Positions 53,129 through 64,000 of a stretch of DNA of 64,000 nt are shown here, piece by piece. The first letter of the stretch is position 1; each line of letters opens with the position of its first letter. The stretch is from Balanoglossus misakiensis (lineage: Eukaryota; Animalia; Hemichordata), in NCBI GenBank assembly GCA_040954595.2, contig CM082592.2, positions 9,101,677 through 9,165,676 of the forward strand, written 5' to 3'. The notes beneath the pieces were generated by a model. That model was given only the letters and a program-made list of their open reading frames with translations. It was not told the DNA's origin and searched no databases. Made by a program: the position numbers and the translations under genes.

Positions 53129-56100
53129 CTACAGGTCGTGCGTCTCTGTCGCCGGTTCAGCTCTTCCCTCTAGGTAATACAGAAACACGCCCACCTGGGC
53201 CATGACGTTTGTGAAACACGTCGCTTCCAAGAGCATGGCAGACTGAAGACTGGCGTTATCCTCGTCCGTGTTCAGTGACGGCCTCAAGAGATTCGGACCG
53301 AAGACTGTGGCAAGGTTGTGAAGACTCATCTTATTTTCGCCCTCGTTGGTGGCAACTCTGAAATCAGGACAAAAGAAAGTGCTTATCAAGTGAGTGCATG
53401 TTTTATGCCAATATCTTGACAACACAGTGCCGGTTGTACTTAACCATTGCTGTCGACCATATTCTTGTCAATGGCATTTTGACATTTATACAGGTACGCA
53501 AAAAAAACAAAATGATGGACGACAATTTTGCCTGTGTTCTCTAAACGGTATCTCACTCACCTCCGCAAGTGTTCCAGCAGATAGGTAACAGTACTTTTAT
53601 TGGGCTCGGGTAAGTTTTCCAGTAATGACACCATACAATTCTGTCTCGCATGGACATCGGACAGAGCTGTGAAAACGAGAGAATCATACGGTCATGCTAC
53701 GTTTCATTTCGCAGCCATCATTATGTGATGAACAACTAGACTCACCACCCCTCAGGTCCTAATGGTATGATCTACCCCAACCAGTAGAAGTGTATTACTC
53801 ACCAATGCCGTTGACAAAGTTCTGGTAGAGTTCATTGGTGAAGAGGGGTTCTGGCAGTTCACGGAAGTACAATTTGATGACGCAGGCTATGGCGTGGATG
53901 TCACTCTCGGCGACCAGAGTGTCGACAAGTTTGGAATCTGCAGAAAACAAAACCGGGGTTGAATTCAATGTGGTTTCTTCGAAGATAAGATGAAAACTGC
54001 GTACTGGTTGCTGACTGTCTTGTAACAATGACACACCCAGTAACGTTCTACCAGCTACAGGTAAATCTGAAAGCCAGCGACATGTTACACAATCAAACAA
54101 GTTACGATCACAAACCATTTTTCAAATCAAATGTGACTTACTGTTCTCAAATGCCTTCTTGAGTTTCTGTATATCTGTAGTTACACCAGATATCCTATAA
54201 ATGCCCATTTCTGACAGACCTACAAAAAAATACAAAACATGTCAGATTTTTTCTTCGTCTGGATATCAATCATGCAAATGATGCATATCACTGTTTACCA
54301 ATTCCGGAATACGAAAAACTGAAAACCAACTCTTGCATGCAAATACTACGGACAGCAGGTAGAATTCTTCATAATCTTATGAGCAATTAGAGCATCTCAC
54401 CTCTCCTTTCAATTTCTCTACAGCAGATCGTGATGATGCTGGGAATCTTGCTGCCCTCTCTCTTCGTCACCTTGCCGATGTGAACGGCAAACATGCCCCC
54501 AGTGCGTTTGGACTTGTGCCTCTTCATGGTCTGGCGGCCATGAGAGTCGTACGACAGCGATATCGTGACATCGATCTGGAAGAGAATTTTGGGGGACCTT
54601 CAGTGAGATTCTGTGGAGAGTTTTTTTGGACCTCGAATTTGAGCAGTGAACCCAGAGAGGTTTGTTCAGTCTTGTCATATTTTTTCCCTGAATTCTGTCT
54701 AGATAGAGCCTTTCTTAATAGTCTTTAAATGCACAGAAAAAATTGTACTGCTAAAATATATTGATTCCTGTATCTGATTCCAGCTACATTGAAAGCTACT
54801 GAGGCAGCCAAACTTACCGAGTCTAAGTTGACTGTCATGTTTATTTCTTTCTGGTTTAATTTTGGCATCTGTGGAAATAAAAAAAAACATCAACTTATGA
54901 AATAGTCTTTCCAAATAACACAATGACATTGACAGTTTCAAAACAGCTGCCAAAAATTGTTAAATTCTTGTTTCTTTTCAGGTTTAACACATCAAAGGAA
55001 GAAAAGTATTTTAGGTCTGTTGAAAGGGGCAAGTTCTTCCATAAGTCTCCTACCTCCTGGGCTCCCTTGCCGATCAACATGTCTCCACTGGCTGAGTCTT
55101 GCCTGTAGCAGAGTATACGGATAGTCTGGGCTCCATCGATGTCCAATTCAAACTCCTACAAGAGAGTAAATGCTGGTATATGAGTGACTTGGACAAGAAT
55201 GGTTTGCAAGATGAAGGGTGAAGAAATTGTGTTGCCTCCTAGGATATTGCATTGTAAAGACAGGAGGCTGGACACCGGTAAATTAGCACGGTTTGTCTTG
55301 CCGAGTGGTGATAACAAAATGGCCGACTTAACAATGCATCAAGAAAAATACCAGGATGTAAAGGTCACCCAGGGGTCAAGCAGAATTGCCTGCAGATGAA
55401 CAGATGACAGTACCTGGTTCCACTCTACTTCAGTTCTTCCAGGTCGGCAGTTTGTCTTGGCCACCAGGGAGAAATGACCGTAGGAATCCACTTCTAGACA
55501 ACAGTAGTAACCTGAGCACAGACAGAGATTTAATACAAAGGTATGTTCATCACTGTAATTGTCTTAAAGAACTAAACAAGAGAAATTTTGAAATGCAATG
55601 AATCGACAAGCAGCATGTGTACACAGACAGGGTCGCGCATCCACAATTCACGAACGTTGCTGCCGCGTAAGTTTGTACAATGGCGCGAATCCGCGTTTTT
55701 GTCCCATGACACCTCGTCACAGACCGTCTCTCTGGTTTGACACTTACCTCCCTCTAAATGCAAGTTCTTGGCAGCTTTGATGTTGACTTTCAGAATCCCA
55801 CTCATCAACTCTTCATCTGAAGATGAGACAAATAAAAAATACAATGTCATTCTACCCTGTCATCCATGGTTAACAGCTACATACCCATTGCGAATGTCGC
55901 AGATGCCCCGTGTTAACTGCATGTACCAGAAGTGTGGTTTTTAAATGTCGCTTTGTAGATTGGCATACGCATTATGATAAAACACAGATTGATTTACTCA
56001 CCGTCCTTGATAAGCATGGAGCTGACATTCAGAGGAGATGATTTGCACTGTGAATGAGACAGAAGAAAGACCAACGTCGAGTCAGAAATCCTTTAACTGA

Positions 56101-59100
56101 TTCCATACCTTTCAACACAGTACATTATGTACGCGAGATGACTGAATGGGATAAAAACAAAAGAATCACGCATACACATGCAATTTTAAAAGCTCATCGT
56201 CAATGTCTTCCACTGACAATCCTCTTACCTTCTCCCTGGAAGTCAAGTTCTGTATTTCAAAGGCCGTTAGCGACACTGGTTTGGCGGTGGTGTCCTTCTT
56301 GACTTCCGCGATTCTGGCCGCTATGGCTTCCCGCCAATCAGATCTCTCGTAGTCGGACGACATCAGAAGCGTATACGTCTGCAGGAAGTAACACCCGAGA
56401 AAACATTGTTTTAGAATTTGATTCTGTACACACAGAAGAATGAACGTTTATTGCCATTATACACACACACAGGCCTGATCCTCACTGCTGGCATTTTTGT
56501 TGGGGTTTCTGTGAAAACAGAAATATGCCATCGCTTTTAAGTTTCACAAGCGCAAACTGCCAACTTACCTTTCCGTCTTTGTTGGTAAGTCGTAGGGGTA
56601 AGTTGGGTGATATCAGTAACATCTGTCCTTCCTGAGGAAAAAAAAAAAATTAGTTATTTTCAGAGAGTCTTGGGGGGAGGTGGTCAATATATATACTGCA
56701 TAATCATTATAATCCCTTGTTTAGCCGAGAAATGACAAGACAAACACTACAGTATAAAATGAATTTTGCACATCTTACCAGTTCTGCAAGCTTCTTCCTG
56801 TTCTTATCGATGTTCTTCTGGGCCCCTCTGTTTAATTTCTGCAGAAGAGCAAAAGATGCAAACGCCACATTAGGTGGGATAACTTATTTCTGATATTTCA
56901 AACATTTTCTGTCAGTCCGCCACACATTACAACTCAACTATCAAAATGATCGCAGTTAGTTTTTCCATGCAACTTTGCAAGATATCAAGTTTGGCCAAAC
57001 TTTACCTTGCCGTCTCCATGCGAGTCTGAACGAATGTTCATCTTGGCTTCTGATATTCTCGCCCTCAAACCCTCCAGTTCTTTCTCGCTGGAGAGTGAAA
57101 TCGACGGTGTGACTGCAAAAAACAAAAAGATGTAAATGTTACTCTATTGCTACGGTGTTGTATGATATCACAATTTCCAACCTTCCCATAGAAATCAATG
57201 GATTTGGACTAGTGTTTGCTTCTGCTAATTACACGTGGGGGTGTCCGAGACAACAGAGACTCACCAGGTCCTTGATCATCTTGCAGATTCAAAAACAAAT
57301 CCGGTAATGGAATGTACCACTTGCAGTCATACTGTTCTTTAGGCCCAGACAGGATACTACAAGGAATAGCACAAAGTTTTGACATGAATTATAGGATTTA
57401 CACTTCACACAGTTCTGAATATGACCTGCCCATTGGTCCCCGCCCCCTCTCAAGAGTATTGGCTACTGTACTTTAAATTTGGAAACTATTAACAATCATT
57501 ATCATAACAATCGCTTTGTTGTGCAAATCAGCCCAAGGTGTATCAGAAACTGAGCTTTTTTATATAGTAATAGTGAGAATACAGAAGCTTCCGCCAAAAA
57601 ACTTGTGTTCACGAAATGAGAGCAAGTGCTGTCAGTGTAACTAGGCCAGTGCACGTCATAACTCCTGAAAACAAAGGAAGTGTTGACCGCGCAAAGTTAG
57701 TCTCCCACCCTCTCCCATTTTAATATCCTTCTCTCACTGTACATGTCCTGTTGGCACAATGACTCCGCTATTTACAGTCCTCGTAATTTATCTGACAAGT
57801 TTCACATCCCAGCTTTGACTATACAATGTATTCACACAGGCTAATCTTTTATCTGCTGCAGCACGCCCCTTGGTATCACAAACTGACTACTTCCTTCTTG
57901 GCTATAGGTACAGTATGTACTGACACCGTACCAACTCACTATGCGGCTCCATTCAGAGTGATTCTGGTTCACTGCATGAATGTCCCAGATTTTAAACACT
58001 TCAGGGAAACATCTCTGTAAACACTAACTGGAAACACTTTCTGCCTTTCTGTTTGAGGAGTTGTTTCGATGTTCTTAGAATTCATGAGAGGTGACGTGCT
58101 ATACTACATGTATGTGCACACCTCGAGGTTATGCAAAACCAATTCTATTACCTGCCCACGTGCAAAATACTTGAATACGTCCCTCTGACAAGCTGCAGCA
58201 ATCAAACATGGAGGCTTGTTGTCAGAATATTTGGTGGCAGGGCATAAATTGAACTGCTCAACGAAAAATAAATTCTCGGCATGAACTTCCGTTGAAGTTA
58301 ATTATTGTACAAAGCATTCTATTTGCAAGCTTTCAGGGGACAAATCACAATGCTGGTAGCTATGCACTACTTCAGATTTTGTTTTATGGTCGCTTTGACT
58401 CTGTGGACAACAACAAAATATCCACCCACCAACAAGGAAGTAAAACGGTTGAGTATTTTAATATCACAGCTCTGCACTAATGCAGTCATAACAAAATAAT
58501 CCAACAGAATCGTTCCTTTTAAATAAATTTTTACGACCCCATAAACAATTGCAACAAAAATAAATATGATGTATGAAATTTAATAACTGTACATAACAAT
58601 GTTTTTTAAATAGCATTTTGTAACAGGAATTACAGCATGCATGACAAAGGGTCAGACCAAGATTTTTCAAAATTATTTATGAGCTACAACACCAGATGTT
58701 CAGTAGTGATAATGTGTATTTTTTGCATCAACTTTTCCACACAGGATAGGCATGCATGTAAACAATCCCATGATACTCTGAGTTTTTGTTTTGAAATGAA
58801 GTCAGTTTTCCTTTTATGGTCACTGTACTTTTTGCATGGAGGACAGGAACTCAAAACCAGGAAGCAGAAAATAAATGTACAATGTATGCACAGTGACAGT
58901 AGATTGCGTTATGGTGAAGGTCAGTACGCCCTAATGTTTTAATAAGTCATTGGCTTTGACAATGAAAGAACAATGAAAGAAATTTGCCCCATTGACCACT
59001 GTTAGCTCCTCCCTTGCCTGAGGCAGAATTTTCTTTTAAACCCAACAGTGCAATTCTAACCGCTATTTTTTTCAATGGTTGAAAGTTCACACCATATATG

Positions 59101-62100
59101 GTCAAGGAGGGGAGGACAGGTCACAGAAAGCAGTCATCGGCAGTATTCGTCACAGACCAGACCATACTGTATCTCTCATAGAATCACTGGTACATGTAAT
59201 GTGAGCGTCTGTTTGCTAATTACAGAGGAATGCAGACTGCAGACGCGAATTTTTCTTCTTCTTCTTCTTCGTCTAATCCCTTCCATGCCAAGGGGAAATG
59301 TCTGACCCAGATTGTTCAACCCATCATAATAGTAGGGCAAGGGCTAAGCCAGAATTTGATAGGCAGGTGGCTGATACTTAGCAAAATCCACGCATGAACG
59401 CTTTAGGAAACACACACGTGCACAGTACAGGTGTACTATAACCTGCCATTGTGAAGTACAACATTCCATTTTGTCACGTGTCTTGCATTTTACCGGACAC
59501 CAACTAGAAGTCTGACCTCTTTAGAGGGCATCGGAAACACTACTCTCACCTTTACGTGTAATCTTATGACCATGAAAGGCCCTCTAATAACACCATTTCA
59601 GACTCACCCTGTCGTGGTTTTCTGTTTGGCGCAAATTATGACATCGGTGTAGAGAAAGAAGTGGCGCAGTTTCCTGGTGTTTCGGTCGACTTGTTCCACA
59701 ATGTACCCATCCTTCAACAGTTTCCTCTTCTGTGGAGAAAAATCAATCGATAATCTGTTGGATTCAGCTCTTCAAGTGGTTTGATGCTACATGTACCTTC
59801 CTTTGGTTTAACCCTTTCACAAATTATTTCACCATCCAACTCACCTTCTTATCAGATTTACTGTTGGCCGATTTCTTGTGCTGTTTCTTCAGTTTGCCCT
59901 TCAACTTGGCCCGCTCGTTGACCTGCGACAGGAACTCCTCGGACGTTCTCAGCGCTGTGCGGAGGGCTTTGTAGTCTGCACTGCCTTGTGGCGTGTGCTT
60001 CATCAGATCCTAATGAGGCAAGACAATTTTGGGGGGAAACATTATACACATAACTGAGGTGAGAGAGAAAAGAGTTTTCATGGCTTCCTAATTCTGGACA
60101 GAAAAAGTTACATTTTTTATATTCCATGTATACATATAATATAAATTCCTTGAGCAAATTACAGGGACCAAATATGTGAATATGGAAGACCACTTCTATA
60201 TACCAGTACTAAAATACACCCCAAAACTTCTCTTTATGATTTCTTGTTCGCCCAAAAAATTGACCTAAACCAAACTCATTATTTTCTACACTGGGGTAAA
60301 TACTACCAGCATTTTTCACTGGTTACCAAAATGAAAGTAAACAAAACTTGGTGACTTTTATCACAGTGTCACCTGCCTACCAAGAATAGATAATCTTATC
60401 ACGTTCCATGAACCAGTGCTGAGATAGAGCTTATCAGGTAAACTGATAATCTATTAACAACACTGGCCTTTTTATGGACACCACACATAGGGGGCACTGT
60501 TAACATTGCAGTTTCCTCTAAACACAGTATTAATCAGGTGACTGCACTAGTCTAATTATTGAACACAAGTAGTGGGACCACACCCAGGTACCGTGGACTT
60601 TTATCGATTATGTACCGGGACATCGACTAGCTTAATAAAATTGTATATGTATATCGTGTTACGATCTAGACTTTGTTCCATGCAGATTTCATTTTGACAT
60701 ACTGAATGATATTGATGACAGCCGGAAGTTCAAAAACACCATGCTACATCAGAACGGCCATGAACCATAGCAGGAATGTATACACATGCCAAAACACACA
60801 CATAATGATTGACTGTGGGTGGCATATCGTAGCACTGAAATTGATACATCGGAGTCAATGTCATATCAAACTTTAATATCGGATATTCCATAATGATCCA
60901 CTCTTATGCTCCACTAATGGCCCTGTATGAACAGAAGTTGGGTATTATCGTGCATGTGACTGTTTTGTAATGAGTTCACTTTTTCTGCTGACACAACCTC
61001 CAAGTAGACTGATTAGGGCCTAACGTTTTTCTCTCCTAAGTTTTTTGTGCCATCAGTTCAACAAATAAAGAAAAAGAAAGATACAACATACAACTTACAT
61101 GTAATGTCAGAGTCATCTTAGTGATCCTCTGTAGTGGTCTATATAAAAGGCCTGCAAAAAACAAAAGCGAGTCAAATTGAAATTTTTACCAAATTCTCAG
61201 ATTTTGCAACATATTCTGAACATTTAAAGTCTAGCAATAATTGCAAGCAGCATTTAGAATCAGAGTTCTTTCGGGTTTATACCTTCAAGCGTCACTAGAT
61301 TCTCTTTAGAACTCGGTTTGGGAATCCTCTCGGCAACCATTTCAAAGTTTTCATTTTCCCTCCTGCATTTCTCCACCGTTTCCATGGCTCTCTGGTAGTT
61401 ATTGAGGTAATCTGCATAAATACCTAAATTCCGTGTCTTGGGTTGGGGAAGAATCGCAAAAAAAAATATTATTAATAATGTCAGCTGATTGTAAAGAGAA
61501 CAAAGCTGTTAGTTTTTGTAAAGGCATATATTGACAAAGTATGCTGAGTCATCCCTTGTGCTAAACAGTTCTGTACAAACGACACGTTTGATATCAAGTT
61601 TGATACACATTTCAGACTTACTGCATCTAAGAAGAGATCTCCAACTTGTTGTTTGGCTGTCCAGTTATCTAGCCTGGCCTTCAGGGTCTCATAGAATTCC
61701 GTATTCATGTCGTAGATCTCGTCTATCTTGTAAAAGATGATGTCGTAGTCGTCCATGGCCATGGCAGGCTGCGATGTGGTACTGGATGCTTTCAGTAATC
61801 TCATGTACTGTGGGGAGAAAACAGTTCCATACAAATAAATTTCATCAATACAATGTAGTTGAAGGACTCTAATGGATACTTGTACACAAAAGATACATGG
61901 TTCACAGTGAGTGTGAACAAATGATGACATCACATGACCTTCCACAATTTTAGAATGTTTCCTTTTTTGCTGATTATATAATTCAAAGTCCTGTTGTGTT
62001 TATGAAAGCTTCTGAGGTCTCCAAGAGTTCAATGACTTAGTAAACATGATAGTGACCTGTTATAAAAGAAAGGTGTCAAAAGCCATAAACATCAAACAAA

Positions 62101-63527
62101 ACAATTCGACTCTTGGTCTGAAACATTTGACAATTACACCTCACTGGAATAGGTGGGTCTTTTTCTGGAAACAAGCAGGAAATCTAGTGGACAATGCGAC
62201 TGTATTTACAGTCCTTTGCGTCACTCCTTAGAGGGTTTGTAATTTCCTGTATGGGCCTTCTTTTTGTTCTGCAGTCAGACACAATGAAACCATGGTTCTG
62301 CCCTAGTAATCTACTTTGAACCCCTGAAAGACAAATATCTGCATTTCAGTTGGCTGCACCCAAAATAGCTAGTCTAATCGCTAATTCCACCATCCATAAC
62401 AACACACACGGAAAATGTTTTGTTTTAATGACGTGCAATGCCTTCTTCAACTATGGTGGGATCTTGAATGGTGGGACCTCATGGTTTTTGAAAAATGATT
62501 TCCGGGTACTTGATGTACACAAACAAAAAATATTTGATTGATGTTTGAACAAACTATGCTGTCAGTCAAGACGTCTTGACAATAAAGACATGAATACAGA
62601 AACAACTTGACTCATAAAAATGTTCTCCTTTCAATGTTGACAGGTGGCAAAAAAATCAAATATACTGATCAGCAACTTAGACACACACGTATCTTGAAAA
62701 ATGGACAGACTGTTAAAAATTAACGAACGATATTCAATACGAGTGTCAATTATGATTGTCCCTGGGTCAACTAGAGAGCACCATGCTTTCTGGGTGATAA
62801 CTCCACCATGAACAAATTTACAAATTTGTCGTTCATCGGGATGGTTCTGTTCACACATATTTTGGCTTGACATCATTTTAATTGGAGGCGCACAGTCAAC
62901 CTTGAGAATTCAGCACCTAAATATAGGATGCATGTTTATGTTGGAAGGGGGTGAAATAAACAATTCATGTTGTGGAGCAACTCAGGACCTTGTGACGCAC
63001 CATAAACCCAAGACAAAACAAATTTAGAGTACTTCACATATGAAGTGGTCTGCAGGACCTCATATAAAACGTAAAAGAGAAGGTCACTCTGTTTTCTAAT
63101 TCTATTTCTGTATACATTGTCAATATTTTGCATCAAGCCCTCTCAGATATATCCTACAAGATACACGTACACACAGGAAGTTTTCTAAGATTTCAATGAA
63201 TTTGACGTTGAAAGTGATCTTTTTCTAAGAATGGAATAAGAAACCTACAATGTTTACAATACGTATTGTTATGCCGAAGCCCGATTTCGAAAACACCTCC
63301 TCATTGTGCACATAAAACAACTTGATTTTATTTCCTCGAACTGCAATTACAATTACGCCACTTTCCCACTTTCTGAGCTGATATTAATTCATGACTTATA
63401 AAGAGACTGATCTGGTACTTACATGTCTAAGAGTTTCCAGACATTCCCTGTACACGGCATCGCTCTCCAGTATTCCTGCCACCACAAGCTTTCTCATGTC
63501 GACCGGACTCGGAGTGTCACCAAAACT
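53129..63527 (-). CDS. ABR: BCR/ABR-family RhoGEF(DH)-PH-C2-RhoGAP protein, partial (5' end not found in window)
   Basis: Minus-strand exons (approximate): 63423-63527 ([16 protein letters not shown]), 61621-61807 ([14 protein letters not shown]...IFYKI), ~61282-61435, 61100-61131, 59845-60009 ([12 protein letters not shown]), 59608-59729 ([17 protein letters not shown]), 57265-57357, 57006-57112, 56779-56837, 56569-56631, 56229-56378 ([16 protein letters not shown]), 56002-56047, 55748-55816, 55414-55511 ([12 protein letters not shown]), 55054-55155, 54818-54868, 54401-54575, 54142-54219 (GIYRISG), 53803-53937 ([13 protein letters not shown]), 53561-53666, 53129-53357 ([19 protein letters not shown]). 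It is probably the single pro-orthologue of vertebrate BCR and ABR, so the symbol choice is arbitrary. Confidence 0.92.
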
Positions 63528-64000
63528 CTGCAAACCAAACATAACAATGTATAAGAGACACCGTGCAACAGTCCAATTTCTATTTTTTTATTTGTGGTTC
63601 CAAACATTATTCTGTTATGCATTTAAAGTGATCATTGCTGCGTAACATCAAAACAGACGGTGATGTCATTGGAACACCTCCCACTCTCTTGATCTCACAA
63701 TCGCTTTCTACATCATGCCGATTCTTGAGATCTTCTACCATTCCGGACTTTGATAGAGGGTAATTGATTTTCAATGGAACCACTCTATCACATTTGTGTT
63801 AATTACAATGGAAATCTCACCTAAATGTCTAAATGGTGTTTAATGCAAATTAGCCAGGCCACAATAATGTATGAGTCTGTATTGATCTGCAGTTGTGTAG
63901 CAAATTTCTTTGTTTCTGCCAGTCATTCTCTCCAAATTTCAAAAATTATTTACTATACTTGATGATTAATATACACTGACGAGCAACTTTCAGAAGACCT

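Overview
Eukaryotic, intron-rich animal DNA with GT-AG introns and microsatellites. The gene set looks like an invertebrate deuterostome, but the taxon is an inference. In order: (1) a complete 12-exon RUSF1/C16orf58 gene (+, 870-4206); (2) an intronless coiled-coil/Ser-rich gene (-, 9506-10597); (3) a ~12.5 kb stretch with no recognisable gene; (4) a tandem cluster of six + strand secretory-pathway genes, here labelled A-F (23.9-41.8 kb); (5) a complete 13-exon HPS4 gene (+, 42238-48076); (6) the DH-PH-C2-RhoGAP part of a BCR/ABR-family gene (-, 53129 to at least 63527, N-terminus not identified in the window). The six cluster genes are built from signal peptide, 0-2 C-type lectin domains (CTLDs), a Ser/Thr mucin stalk, and either a PAN/apple-like domain (A, E: secreted) or a related transmembrane (TM) segment carrying a conserved Asp (B, C, D, F). 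This cluster is the most interesting element. Two TM members have no lectin domain at all, the tails lack ITAM/ITIM motifs, and all four TM genes have an RFX X-box-like palindrome 125-440 bp upstream of the ATG. This suggests a co-regulated, possibly ciliary, family of lectin receptors and headless partners (inference). Exon models were built by hand from splice signals and reading frame; no database searches were run.
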